Source: Paraphysomonas bandaiensis
Taxonomy: Eukaryota; Protista; Chrysophyceae
Assembly (NCBI GenBank): GCA_965644295.1
Contig: CBFFRP010000271.1
Location: 65,262-129,261 of the forward strand
Length of the DNA: 64,000 nucleotides
Reading direction: 5' to 3'
Shown here: positions 13,217 through 27,094 of the stretch, piece after piece
Layout: each line of letters opens with the position of its first letter
Position numbering within the stretch: the first letter of the stretch is position 1
Made by a program: the position numbers and the translations under genes
The notes under the pieces: generated by a model
Databases searched by the model: none
What the model was told of the DNA's origin: nothing
What the model saw: only the letters and a program-made list of their open reading frames with translations

Positions 13217-14226
13217 GGGCAATAAGGAGGCTATATCGTCCCGCGCTCAAAATTTGAAACGAGGGCGAAAAGCCCGAGTTTTAAATTTTAGACAAAGGAC
13301 GCTCCTTATCCCTTGGTTAAATTGTATCTTATCCTCATGATGTTGATTAGGGTTAGGGTTAGGGTTAGGTTGTAAACTTAATATTAGAATGTAAAACTAT
13401 TAATAGCTTGCTTGCTGTGAGAAGGCAGAAATAGGTGTTTCCTGATTAACATTAAGAAAGCAAATGAAAATTCATATTGAAATTATATACTGTATATGCT
13501 TTGGGAATAGCAATTGCACTATAGATCAACTCGAACATTAAACCCCCAAATTTAAATACATAATAGCTACAACATATACACTCCTGGCACAGCAGGATAC
13601 TGAGGGAACGGCAACTGCGAGGCGTTGAAATTCGTACATAAGTGTGATGATGAATATGAGCAGTGGTAGTTGTACAAAAGGCTTCTTATTGCTTTAATTA
13701 GCATCATCATCACATTTATATACAATGCGTTTTACCTCTGCTAGTGCACCTGATTGAATGATGTGAGTATGATATGAGATACACAGTTGCCTCATAAGCA
13801 CAATGCGACCCAAACCCTGAAAGAACTGGATGCCTCTGCCCTTAACCACCTATACAGCATCAGATACGACACTTAAACTCTCCTGAAATAATCTTGAAGT
13901 TGTTTCAAAGTCCTGGCTATGAAGATTGATCGCTTTCACTGACATCATTACGATCTTCTACAGCAGATGAAGGATGGAATACAATTTTGAGGGCTAAATG
14001 ATCTGCTTTGTATAGTTGACTCATGATTGTGTTTCTCAACAATTGTGTACTATAATGAAATCACGTAAATATGACTCTCAATATCATAATCAAGATAGAA
14101 GTGAGCTTCTGTTGAACCGAATATTGAAGTTGAATGTCTATATTTGACCGGTGCTGATATGAGCGCTCTGTTGGGCCCAAATCAGGTAAAAAAAAGCTTG
14201 TTCTGAGACAAAATGGGGATAACAAT
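13217..14226. repeat. Unclassified ~1 kb dispersed repeat, copy 2 (inverted relative to 121-1425)
   Basis: Reverse-complement similarity to 121-1425. Lacks the CACTA insertion and carries a (TTAGGG)3 tract. Confidence 0.8.
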
Positions 14227-15736
14227 ATATTGCAATAATATATATTGCCAGCAAAAATATGTAAAAAAATAATATTTTCAAGACCAATAATATTTATTAA
14301 ACATGTTGTAGAATATTGCAATATATTGATATATATTGGGCGCTAAGAAGAAGAAATGAGCTCGATCGGTAGTAACTATGTTAAAACATAATGATGAAAA
14401 CCCAATAACAATGCAGCAACTAGTACTCTAAGTACTCAATAAATATGAAAGGGATGACCACCAAATAGTTTGATATCAAATAATAGTTTGGGCGGATATC
14501 CAATATATTGTTGACTGGCCCTGTGCATAACAATGGGAAAAGCAATTTAATCTGAGAATAATGCAATAACATAATAATTGCCCAGTGTCCATAAATTATC
14601 TCAAGTTAATGAATGTCTTATTTCTAGCAATAGGCGTGTAAGAGTCAGAGAACTAATGTAATAAATAATTTAACTAACTTGTTCTTAACTCTGATATCCT
14701 ACATTTATAGCGCTACTAATGCTGCTTGTGCGTCGCAAGGTAAATTAACTTATACACTGTACTGACGTCTTAAAATCATGTGCGCAGGTGACGACATGGA
14801 TGTCAAGCATATCATTTATGCAAGTAATTGCGGCAAGTAGCGATATGTCCATCAATGTCATGGCCCTAGGACCAGGTAACTGGAAGAACATATATGTGCG
14901 CCAAAAACCCCGTACATCAATGTATATGGTATGATGGTGTGCTGGATTTCCACGTAGTGCCTAACAAAAAGAATAAAAATATACTTTGATGGTAGTGATG
15001 ATTATCTGATAATGTCATTGCTCCTCCAATAAGATGAAGGAGGCTGTGGAGCTTTACGGGACTTGATCACAAGAAACTGCTGAATCTAATTTCTTTGAGA
15101 AGCGGAAATGCTGTGAACTCCATGTCTCCACGAGTGCATTGTCTGTATTCAATAGACGATGGGTAGAGTATACAATCATGTTTGAGGAAAATGTTTAGTT
15201 TTGACTATAAGTAAATACCATAAATAACAACGACGGCGAAATCAGCGAAATAAAAATTACTATCGTCTTTACTATTATGTACCTAGTAAACCTTGATATC
15301 GATGAATCCTGAATCCTTATTACTAACTAACAAGTGTTAAAAGTAATGAGTAGAATTCTCATCTACTTTGGTAGGTGGCTACACCAAAAACGAAAGTTGG
15401 TATGAATAGGCAATTTAACCTATTAGACTAGGTCAAATAATACATCCCGAATATATGACATAGGTAATATGTGATATCTATTTCTAACGGATATTTCCTT
15501 CCTCGTATACTTTATGATAAACATGTACATCGATACCGCATAATACAAAATCGTAATTTCAATTATACATACACAAAATTTTCAACGCCTCAAAAACAAC
15601 ATTACAAAAGAGGTGAATTTCACAAAATAGAATTCAAAAAGCGTTTATCAAATCAAAAAAACACAAATAAGGTGTCCAGCTAAACAGAGCACAAGAGTAG
15701 GATATAACAATAGTATTATACATCTACTGCCGACAA

Positions 15737-16916
15737 CTAGTAGCTCCTGGATAAAGTAGTGTGAAGCATTACTTCTCTCACGTTCTCACTTCTTATGGCC
15801 ACTTGTTCAGCACCAGGGGCCTCCAAAACCATCGTGTTATAGTTCCTATATTTTATACATTAGGCCCCCTCAAATGGAACGCTGGGGTTCAACAAACCTC
15901 CTGAAGTCGGTCTTCTCCATAAGAGATCGTAGAGCAAAATAGTACTTCGCGTATAGACTACTGGATATATAAAGGTCCCATTTAATGTTATGGCAAAATA
16001 TCCGCTCCAAGAGATTAATATTTTGTAGCGTGAACTGAGGAAAAATCTGGGCGACTTCGCTGTTCCAAGAACTGAATAGCAATGTACATGAGATAGAATT
16101 CACTGCGATATAGTAAAACACGTCGATGAGATATACCTGAGATCTTGCCACACTTTGGATGCAAGAAGTAGTCCGCACATTACTACTGGTCGCCAGGTCT
16201 TGGACATCAACGGCACGTTCGCCAGTTCCATTAGTCGCTCGACATAAATAAGGCAGACAATGCTGCACTCCGCACTAAGCTGCGCTTCCCCAAATAGTTT
16301 GTGAAGGAATGTGTGTACATCATGTAGTGAGGGGACAGAATATGTAGACTGCAGCTTCCGCATGCAGTGGCAGAATCCGACACGCACTGCAGGTAATCTG
16401 ACAAAGTGGTACATATAGACAGGCACAATAAAATTATCTTCAGCAAACATTTCCATCTTACTACAGTGAAATAAACCCGTTTCATCACTACCAGGAGTCG
16501 AGTTTCGGTACCTGTCTTCGCAGGTGGTAATATGTTTGTGAAGGACTACTGACACCCGCTTCAATAGATCTTCATAATTTGGTCGTACCAGCGAGCTGGC
16601 AGGAGCCACTACCTCAGGTGCTCGTTCTCTGGGGTCTTTATACCTAATCTTCTGTATATTAGGTATGCATGTAATATGACTAGGGTTAAATTTGTGGTTA
16701 ACAGAACTATCCGTGGAAAATCTGACTTTTCTGTCGCATGTCTCTCCGTCATCCTTGTGAATATCATGATTCGATTCCATGACACCCATCGGACTCTTAC
16801 CCACTGTAAATATAAGCCAATATGAAATCATAAATAAATGTCGCCTAAGCCCTACATTTGTATTTTTCTGTGTAAGTTGTAGGAGGAGGCATCGGTCTAA
16901 CGGATACCCTAAATGC
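15737..16916 (-). CDS. CCNY: Cyclin-Y-like protein, multi-exon (5' end uncertain)
   Basis: AQLSAECSIVCLIYVERL...WRPVVMCGLLLASKVWQDL|SSWN...INLLER...LYISSSLYAKYYFALRSL is the cyclin Y signature. The last exon ends ...TLSRSY* at 15737. Confidence 0.85.
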
Positions 16917-17398
16917 TATGAAGCGTAGAAACAAGCGACATCAAAACTGCTCATAACGCACTAAAATGAGAATAAAAATGAATTTTGAGCTTAATAAGAA
17001 GAGAAATTGACTGAATGGAGCTCAGCTGGCACGAAATTACTGATACAATAGAGAGTAATTAGTACATATAAATCCCAATTGAACATGCTTCCATTGAATA
17101 CCACAAGAAAACTTCCACAAAACCAGAGTATTGGTGAGTGACATATATTAATATCCGGATATCTATGTACAGATTAAGGATATCTACAGTGTGTCGACTT
17201 CGAGAAAGATACCAGTCTGTAAACTGAAAACTGAAAACTGAAAACCCTCAATATATTGGATCAATGTGTCAAGAATTTAAGTATATGGAAATTGTGATCA
17301 GTGGATGACTTCCTCACACAATGATGCGAGTGACGTATATGTAAATTTGTATTAGTAGAGTGTAAGTTATTGACTCATATCCCTCACTCTCTGCTCCA

Positions 17399-19542
17399 AT
17401 GCTATCACATGTTTTCTCCGCTGTGGATGCAAGAAGTATTGCGTTTTTTCGTATATGTTTCGGTGCCACTATGATGGTCTACATAGCTGTAAGTGCATAT
17501 ACACCACATACATACCCACCTCACTACTGCAATAGAACAAAATCGGAACGGAAAGTCCAGATAACGATACGTTAGGAGTAACACCCTTTGGCTATGAGTA
17601 TAGAGTGCCTGATTTTTTATACCTTCCAGCTCGACATTTTCCCTGGTACACTAACTCCATACTCTACTGGAACATTCACTACCCTGTGGAGCTATTGGCA
17701 GCCTGTGGGATGACATTTGCATATGGGGATTTTTCGCGCCTTAGTTGTGTCGTGTTTTGCGTGTTCCAACTCGTGTCTGTGTCGAAGGATATGACTCATT
17801 ATAACAATCACGAATATATGTATGCCACACTAGCACTCGTCCTAGGGTTATGCGATGGGCACTCTGCTGCCTTCTCACCACTCATGTCAATTATTGGTAA
17901 TCACGCTCGCAAGGTCCCATGCTACATCGGTTGCGTTTGCATTCTTGGTGGTATAGTATATATGATGGCACACAACGTGGTGTACGGTATAGCAGGTTCC
18001 ATCGGAGTGGTTGGAATGTTTTTTGTATGGGTGGGTATTATACTATGTATAGGTGGTGGCATTACCCCCTCGAACCCCGGTTCTTTGTCGAAGTCTACGG
18101 AGACAGTTCCAAGATGGAATATGTGGTTCATTCGGGCGTTTATATGTGTTGTGTATTTTTATGCTGGAGTTGCGAAGCTAGAAATTGATTGGCTGAGAGG
18201 CAATACCGCACGTGAGCTCTTCTCCTCCTGGGCTGGACCAACTGCCTCTCCGGAGATGATTGACAGGGCAATGGAGATGGGGTGGCCGGTGGATCTTGTT
18301 GTATTTGGAGGATTGTTTTTAGATCTTACTGTCGCTATTGGGCTTACGGTACCTTGGCTTCCAGTTCGTTTTTTTTACGCTGCAGCTATATTTGGATTTC
18401 ATCTGACAAACCATTTTACTTTTATCATAGAAACGTTTCCTTGGGTTATGATGAGCGCTACAGCCCTTTTCTTTGGTTCAGACTGGATGGATATTCTGTC
18501 GGTATACATTGAGAATGTATTTTTCCCTCCATTGGTGTGCCGCACATTTGTTTTCTGTCGCTCTCTATGCCACAAGTACTTTGTTCCTGTTTTTGCGCTG
18601 GTTCTTCTCTTTGCGCATGTGATAGTTCCCCTTCCCTGTGCGTTTCATGCCCCTCTCAGTGAGGACCTGTGCTGGTACTCTCAATGTCAGTTCTTCTCCT
18701 GGCGAATGATGACTCGATCGACAAAACTTTTTGATGTGTTCATAAATCTCCGAAACCCGGTTAGTGGGTTGATGGACACCGTATCTTTAGATTTGTTTAA
18801 AATTTCTGAAGTGGAGAGGTCAGCTATTGGTACTTACGAGGATTATTTATTTGAAGTGGTGAATAGTATCAGCGCAGCGGCGGAGCCTGCCGACGCCCAC
18901 AATGCAGCCCCTCCTGAGATTTTTGCTGACGTATGGTTTCAGGTAAATGGGCCACCTATACAGCGCTTTGTGGATCCTACGGTAAATCTTTTAATGGTCC
19001 CTATCTACCGTGCGACATCGGGGTCCGTAGTCACCTCGTTTTTTGAATCGTTACTGTACAAGCCAAAACCTCTCGCGCCATGGGTAGAGTCCAGAATGCT
19101 TCAATACCATACTCCTCACTGGAAAGAGATATACCGCAATATTACGCGGCTTGAGAAGAATCGTGATAACAAGGAAGATACAGTAGAAGTGATGTTTTTT
19201 GCCGAGCGAAGTGGCCCTGAACGGGTATTTTCAGTGTATTCAGAGACTCCTACGATTATTAGAGTTCTAGACGGCGCTATTTTCATCGAGAGAGTAGGGC
19301 GACTTGAGTCGAGTACATGTGTCTCTATCCGGGGCCTCATTAGAATTACAGTAGATAGTAATAAATCTGAAACAGCTTTATGGATGATTAGAGATGTAAA
19401 TGGCAACATCAAGCATGTAAAGAGAAGTTCATCATCTCGGAGTTTTCGGCGACCAGAGGTTATGCCCTTTGAGAATTGCCGCGGGTCAGACGGAATGGGT
19501 GCATCTCATGAAACACATTCCTTTCATTTCACTGAGTTATAG
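17399..19542 (+). CDS. Vitamin K-dependent gamma-glutamyl carboxylase-like (HTTM domain) protein
   Basis: Exon 1 from ATG 17399 (VDARSIAFFRICFG), intron 17489-17535, then in frame into the 645-aa ORF. Motifs YNNHEY, VYFYAGVAKL..DWLRG, FHLTN..F.IETFPW, FSWRMM and NGPPIQRFVDP. Confidence 0.85.
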
Positions 19543-20124
19543 ACAACATAATGAAGTTGTAGATAAGTTACTCTGACAAGAACTGATGTTTCTGGTGTGT
19601 GTTGATCGAGTTACTTTTTATACTCTTTGTGACGTATATAAACATATAAACACTGCCGAGTACTGACTCGTATCATGTCCCATACGCTTCTCCTGAAATT
19701 CGATAGTTTTAAAGCAAATATGATTTATGTGTAACACTAAACCTGTTGGCGGCAAGCAAAATGTGCAGTCTCTTTGGGGGAGATGAACAAGTTCAGGTTA
19801 TTCTCATGTGATTATAATGAGTGGTTGTGATGAGGAAGCTATATTTATTTACGCCAGCCACATTAACTATCAACATATCTAAACTCTAAACCACATATAT
19901 TCACAAGATATTCAACATATATTGTTTCCGTTGTGACAATTTATTTATTCAATCATATATATTTCCTATTCATCAATATTAATAGTACGATTGTATAATT
20001 ACGTCATACGAATATAACTTGGCCAAACTTGTAGAATTTTAATTCTCTTACTTATATACAAAATATAATTAATCTCCTATTATTTAATTCATAAATTATA
20101 AGTGCAGGAAAACTACCTAATACT

Positions 20125-20622
20125 TGTGGATGTCTTATTATTAGCAATAGGTGTGAGAACTAATGTAGCAAAACAATTTAACTCATCAGTGCTTAACGCT
20201 GATATCCTACTATTTAGCGCTACAAAAGTTACTTGTGTGTCACCGCAAGCACCAACAAGGTGCAACCACTTTAAGCAAACGCAGTAAGCAAGCAGAGTAT
20301 TGATATACCTGACATCTGCTAACTTCAGGATTTTGAGTCCTTAAGAAAGTGAATAGCCCGGATGCTTAACTTCAGCAGGCAGCCCAATACCCTGAATGCC
20401 CTTGAGATGGGCCCATTCCCGGATGCCTGTTTATTTGTCAAGGCCCAAAGACGTCTACAAAAGTGACACATATATTAGTGTCTCTTGTACCACACAAGCA
20501 TTCGGCTATATGAGTGGGCAGAACGTTATCTGCTGTCTACGTTTGTGGCTCACGTTAGTTTCCCGAAGCAATCTCTCCGATACCTATCCCCCAGAACACC
20601 TCGAAAAGGTGCGAGTTGAGGG
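20125..20622 (-). repeat. Near full-length copy of the ~480-bp structured dispersed repeat
   Basis: Reverse complement of 40734-41213. Other fragments at ~5555-5665, 14560-14750, 30850-31035 and 31430-31735. Confidence 0.85.
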
Positions 20623-22184
20623 GGAAACTACCTATTACATGTTGTTTCTTCCTCAAATTATGATTTCGAAAGCCGGAAAATAATGGAGCCAGTTACAGCT
20701 TAATGAGCTTGTGTGATGCAAGTAAGGAACGCAAAAATGTGTTTCTTGTGTGTAATCAACTATAGACATGGACTCTGATATGCAGGCATCTGGGGATGCC
20801 TGATGAAGTTACTTTTTCAAGATGAGTTCATCTTAAGGATTTAAACTTTCTGAAGAAGTCTCCATATTATATGTCACATATCATACTAATATTATCAACA
20901 TTCTGCATAATATTTATAAAATAATATCCACACACCATAATATAATATGTTACTTGGGGTGCTAGTGAACTTTCTTTAGAGAACCAATTTTGACTTATTT
21001 TCAAAGTCCTTAAATTCAGGTTGGTGTAGACTTTTTTCATATTTCCTCTCACTCCTATGTATCCGCTTGAAGCTTCGCATTTTTGGCTATATATGTCAGT
21101 TGAAGCTTTTCTCGATATTGCAATTTGTAGGTTATCCTGTTCAATTGATGAATTGCTGTGTACACTGTTATCATTGTGTTTATCCTCTGAACCGCTCGAA
21201 CAATTAAGTGAAATTGATATTTATACCATTGAAGTAGACTAACTGAGCTTTCTCATTACTCATAATTTGCAACTAGCTCAAAATACATCAATGAGCAGTT
21301 TGCAGTCATATCTTATGCTGTCACTAAAGTTCAGCTTATTGAATATATTTCATAATACTTCATTGAATTCATATTATAATAAGTCTTTAACGACTGTCTT
21401 TGTCACTAAGGTGGTCATAAACCACAGCAATCAATATCTCAACTATAAGTAAAAATTAACCCAGTAAAACTTGATGTATACCTGTCGTGTGGTGACAGCA
21501 TACTAGATTTACACACATGTTCATGGTTACGAAAGGGTTAAGATATAGGCTTCGCTCCAATCCGGTACATGAATACATAGTAGTGTGAGAAGTGCTATGT
21601 TTTTTTAAATGAGGTGGATGCCGATGTCTTGCTAGAACCTGCGCCACTCTTTACTCTTTTTGCAGATGAATTCGAGAAGCCATGTGTGTTCAAGGATGTG
21701 ATAACGCGGTAGGAAATATAGACTAGCGCTCGGTGTGAGCTACTGAAAAGGTGGACGGAGAGAGATATACAACAAGATTTGTATCTATATAGTACAGAAG
21801 TAGTAAACGACTTTGACCAGCTGAGCCTCGTAATAGGTAATAGTCGCCACATCTTTAGTATATACAACCTTGTATGTTTATATTTTCCGGGTATTTATTT
21901 TTTACAGATATCCGTGACAAGTGAATTTTTCAGTGTTTCAGTGGTATACTACCTTCATGGTTCAAGTGAAAAAAGGGGCCGTTGTATATATTAGATGTTA
22001 GGATGTGTGTGTGTTTCGCACGCTACTAACAATAGTAATGATCATCTAACACAATTCTGCATTGTACTTGCATTCCGGTTCATATACTTATTACAAAAAT
22101 CTTAAAACCGAATGCACACGACAAACATTACTTCTGCAAAAGATAGGATGTGCACTGTACAGTGCAGCCATTTCAAACACAGGA

Positions 22185-23096
22185 TTAAACGGGGGGTTTA
22201 TACGCGCATCCCACAAATCCAAAGCTGTATCCAGTGGAGTCATAGCAACTACAGTTGTTTGCGACATACTCTACATCCTCAGTAGCTCCCACACATTTTG
22301 CCTTCTTATCGGCTAAATATAAGTCTATGCTGTCACCATATCCAAATTTACAAAGTGAGTTTAAACCATATATCGCTTCGAAGTGCTTGTAGTGAATGCA
22401 GGACATTACATTCGGAAAGTTATACGGTCTATGTTTGGTTCCGCGTTGTACTTTACCAATGACTGAACTAGAAACCGATATCCAATCCGTTTTGTCGATA
22501 CCCAGAAAATCGGTAATCTTCTTTCCGGACAGCCTCTTGCTTAATTTAATATCGATGCTTCGCATGAACATTATATCAGTGTTGTTGTTCTCCAACGAAA
22601 TTAATTCAAGCAGCACATGGGAGTCCGCACCGCAAGTCATATCATAGAGCGTACTAACTGTAGTATTTAAATTCTCAACATATTGTCTAATACTCAAACC
22701 GTTTAGGAAGTCTGCCTTATCTTCTAAATAACTAACACGCTTCCTATATCTCATTGTAAACAAATCCAGTGGATGCTGCGTAACAACAAGTGCCTTGTAA
22801 TCCCTCAACAAATCCCTACGCCTATAAAAATCCATATATCCGAGAGAATAGTAGAAATTATAGTCTTCACTATCCACAGCAGACCAGCGCTTAATATCTA
22901 AAACTTTCTTATTGTAGACTTTATCAGCAAAATAAGATAAGATAAGATACATATATACAGTTCTAGTCTCACACACTACAATGATGTTAGAATTCAATGT
23001 ACTTGTTTGTCTACAGAAATAATGAGGAATAAGCGATAAAAAAACAAACACAATAGTCACAAGTGCTTCTAACCGCACCATAGGGATTTCACTCAA
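22185..23096 (-). CDS. Hypothetical protein (N-terminal hydrophobic segment; weak sulfotransferase-like motif)
   Basis: 303-aa ORF in AT-rich DNA. LVVTQHPLDLF weakly resembles the R(H/D)P motif of sulfotransferases. Exon structure unknown. Confidence 0.4.
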   Translation of the reverse strand: MSEIPMVRLEALVTIVFVFLSLIPHYFCRQTSTLNSNIIVVCETRTVYMYLILSYFADKVYNKKVLDIKRWSAVDSEDYNFYYSLGYMDFYRRRDLLRDYKALVVTQHPLDLFTMRYRKRVSYLEDKADFLNGLSIRQYVENLNTTVSTLYDMTCGADSHVLLELISLENNNTDIMFMRSIDIKLSKRLSGKKITDFLGIDKTDWISVSSSVIGKVQRGTKHRPYNFPNVMSCIHYKHFEAIYGLNSLCKFGYGDSIDLYLADKKAKCVGATEDVEYVANNCSCYDSTGYSFGFVGCAYKPPV

Positions 23097-23153
23097 TGTA
23101 CTTCAATGTAACAGTTGGTTTGAGGCGAATTGACTGCATTGATGTTGCGAGAT

Positions 23154-23507
23154 TATGTATGTATGTATGTATGGATGTATGTATGTATGTATGTATGTAT
23201 GTATGTATGTATGTATGTATGTATGTATGTATGTATGTATGTATGTATGTATGTATGTATGTATGTATGTATGTATGTATGTATGTATGTATGTATGTAT
23301 GTATGTATGTATGTATGTATGTATGTATGTATGTATGTATGTATGTATGTATGTATGTATGTATGTATGTATGTATGTATGTATGTATGTATGTATGTAT
23401 GTATGTATGTATGTATGTATGTATGTATGTATGTATGTATGTATGTATGTATGTATGTATGTATGTATGTATGTATGTATGTATGTATGTATGTATGTGT
23501 GTGTATG
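23154..23507. repeat. (TATG)n microsatellite, ~350 bp
   Basis: Near-perfect GTAT tetranucleotide tandem repeat. Confidence 0.98.
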
Positions 23508-23579
23508 ACATGAAAGGCAGGACAATTCCTCGAAGGAGAATACTCTGGCATATATCAATATCTTACCCGGCACCTGCTC

Positions 23580-25576
23580 ATGGGAAAAGGCAGGGGCAAA
23601 AAGACGAACCCACACTTGGAGAAAGTTCTCAACCTCGAGAAGATATTCGAGGGGGTGTACAGTGTGGACTATATACGGCAAGTTCTTAAAGATTGCAATT
23701 TTGATCAAGAGCAATGTATTACAGAGCTCGTTCGCATGCGTGATACCATTCAAGAGAGCCAGAATATTATTTCTGCTGAGACGTCGGAGGATATGATTAT
23801 TGAACAGATATGTATGGAACTCGGGATGACCTCTGATAGGGATGTGGTGTATGCGGTGTTTCACGAATGCGGAAGAAACGCAGAAGAAGCGGTTCGTCAT
23901 CTTAAAGAACTGTTTCCCATGGGTATTTTATATACTTGTTTCTTTCAGTTCTGATCATTGAATATCTAGAAACAGTGGGTGGATCACCTTCAGAACACTC
24001 GAGACCAGAGAAAAGTTCCCACGAGGGAGAAACCCAGGTAGAACAAACTCATGAAACTGGGTTATATACTGAATCGTGTGGTCTTGATCAGAACTCTTGT
24101 GAGGGTAAGTGACCTGCTATTTTATTTCTGAAGAATATGATTATTTTTCTTCGGTAGATTTCGCCCTACCCCCTCCATGTACACTCCGCCGTCGCTCTGC
24201 CTCTACAAGCAGCAATAATGTATTTTCCTTTATGTCAGAGGACTTGGAGGTCAATGTAGACGGCTGTATAGCACATACTGGAGAATTTACATTGGAGGTC
24301 ATTCGTGCTTCCCTTTGTGACCTTATTCCAGATGATATGATTGACACCTTCCTTGCCTTCAATTACATTGACGAAAGAACCGACCAGGCACGCGCTGAAT
24401 TTCTTCTGAGTCAGATTATGCTGGTAGTTGATGTGTGCACGACTGAAGGGGAGAACGTATCACCTGCACTACTTAATGATATCATATCTCAGCGTGATTC
24501 CACAGGGGAGCCTATACGGTGGACAATATCTGGAGAAGGGATCACCTCTAGCCCATTTGACATGCTTTGCGGCAGTCTGTGTGATGGAGTTGACGAGGAG
24601 TATGCTCGTATATTGATGGAAGAGATTCAGTCTTCCAGGGATTTGAAGGATACTAGTCCAGTAGAAGTTATTCGTCAGTTTTTTATGTCGAACTGGGCGG
24701 TACAACCTTCTCTACTAACTGACGAAACCATATCTCAAGCTCTGGACATTACTAACTACGACACGGATGCTGCTATTGCACTATTGTGCGATCAGTGGAA
24801 GAGAACTCCGAAACACACTCTCCGCTCAGGTAGTGGAAATAAACGCACACAGAAAGTCGGTATGTTTTGACTTCAACTCATTCTGCAAGACTAAGTTTAT
24901 ACATACAGTGTCCTACGCAAGTGTACTGAGGGACAACGTCCCATCAACCACTGGCACTGATGTGTGCCAAAATGATACACAAAGTCATAAAATACTTCAG
25001 CAAGAATGGAAGCCGGGTATAGTTGTGTCTGATCCTCAGAAAAAGATAAAGAAGTCTGAAAGTAGATTGCGACACGCTGAATTAGAGGCACACTGGAGAA
25101 GTATTCAGTTGTTAGAAAAGGAGACAATGCGAAGTGGGTTTACACTTGCAGCACACACACGGTCCAGACACAATGCACGTTCAGCACATGTCGCCCGTCA
25201 TAACATGTATTGTGCCTCTTCGGAAGCATCCAAGCACGCCCTCCTAGCACGAAATGACCACATTTTGGTGGACACGAAAGGACAAAGTGTTGTTGTATTT
25301 AGTGGGTTTGTCGGGTATCCACACAGTGTTCCTCGCGAGAGCAAAGTGGATCTTCATGGTGTTGATGTCAGGAGCGCACTACAATTTGTTGACACTATTG
25401 TATTGTACTATCAGCGTTACAGTATCGGTGATTCCGTTGTGCACTTAGTAGTTGGAAAAGGAAACAATAGCGAAGGAGGTATAAGCAAACTTAAGCCTGC
25501 CCTTCATAATTATTTGAGAAGCAGAGGAATTAAAACAATGACATCAGATGCATGCGTTTCCTTAGTTTTTAATTGA
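23580..25576 (+). CDS. CUE/UBA-repeat + Smr (MutS2-related) domain endonuclease, Cue2/N4BP2-like, multi-exon
   Basis: CUE-like repeats (IRQVLKDCNFD, VYAVFHECGRNAEEAVRHL, ISQALDITNYDTDAAIALL). C-terminal Smr motifs VDLHG...LVVGKGNNSEGG.SKLKPAL.NYL. ORFs 23580, 24109 and 24767 appear linked by short introns. Confidence 0.85.
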
Positions 25577-27023
25577 GCGCAACACCCGTGCGAAGATAGT
25601 TTAACCACGTCATGTAGCATTTTTGGATATATGTAGTGTATTGTGTATGATGTATTGTGTACAGAGAAGAATGTAGAACGTATAATGATATAATGTGTTG
25701 CGAAAGAAAAAAATTCAATAGTTGAATGTAATAATAATATATAAGGAAACGAGTATGTGGTGAATATCTGTTCAACATTGTCTTCTTTTCACATGGTAAC
25801 CTTAACGTATTACTTCAATTCTGTCCTTTTCTTACTTTGGCTTCCTTATTCTAGTCGACTTGACACAACAAGATGATTTACTACTCTCTCGTGTATTCGA
25901 ATCTGACATGAGTGGTCTGTGGTCTTACTAAACTTAGTTTAATTAACAGTTATGACAACTATTTGTCTTATCAATCACATAAATCATCAATATATCTATA
26001 ATCTATACTCTAAACCGCATATATACACTAGATATTGAGCCCACATAACGTTAAGTTATGATCATTACTTTGTGTTCATTGAATAGTAAATTACTACTTT
26101 ATTGCTAAGTACTTATCACTCACGATCCGTAATAAGCCCGACGAAGAGAGATAGACGCCCCTCTATATACACTCAGACATGAGAATTACTTTACAGAGTG
26201 CATAGTGGTTGAAATACTTTTTAATATGCAAAGCCCCATGAGTAAAATTGAATTTCAGTGAGACCGATATTATGTTCAGCAAGTACCTAAGAGTCAGCTT
26301 ACTTTCGCTATGTCCTCCCAATAGTCCTCCAGGAATGTGGCTGCTTAAGATCGTTTGCTGTGAGTGGTAAACACTGCTCAAGACTTGACAATGTGCGTGT
26401 AAAGGAAACGGCTTTCTTTAATGAGTACGTTCACTAGTACCCTGACTGAGTGAGCTCCCTCTTCCCCTCCAGTTTATATACTGTCTGATACCCTCCGTGA
26501 GTTTGAAAGAAAGTTACAATTCCAGGACAGGGACACACTACGCGAGTGCATTTTTATCGACACCAGTAAAGCTTTGCTGTTGGTTTACAATAACAGTGCA
26601 TAGCTGCACAATGCAAACGATGACAACACGAATGTGTGTATTGCATATCGTCTATTATATGATGATATACAATGTAATTAATTTCTTAGAAATTGATGTG
26701 TTCATGTTACATACTCCCGTTTTACAGAGAGTGATTTCGTCGTCCTTTTACATATCTCATCATTAGCAATAGAAATGGAGTATAAAAACTTTCGCTATGT
26801 AATGTCTGCATTGTTCAGGGAACTACCTACAATACATCGTGCTGGTCTTGCACAGCGTACAGCTTGTGGCTACAGTGAAGTTATATCAGCCTCATCAAGG
26901 ACTAAATAAAACATCCCTTGCTCTTAATCTGCAGGTTAGACCACAAAAAAAGCGAAGATTTTCTGCCTCTTCATCATGGTGATGCTACCGTATCGTAGTT
27001 TCAGTTTGGAGTAGAAAAACGAA

Positions 27024-27094
27024 TGCGCCGTTCGGGAATCGAACCCGAAGCTAAACCTTGGAAGGGTTTCATGTTACCACTACACCAACGGCGC
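27024..27094 (-). tRNA. tRNA-Gly, anticodon TCC
   Basis: GCGCCGT acceptor stem, TGGTGTAGTGG A-box, anticodon arm AAACC-CT-TCC-AA-GGTTT, GGTTCGATTCC B-box, and a downstream TTTTT Pol III terminator. Confidence 0.96.

Noticed and set aside
23089-23900. ORFs of MYVC/HTYI repeats
   Set aside because: Translations of the (TATG)n microsatellite, which has no stop codons in any frame.
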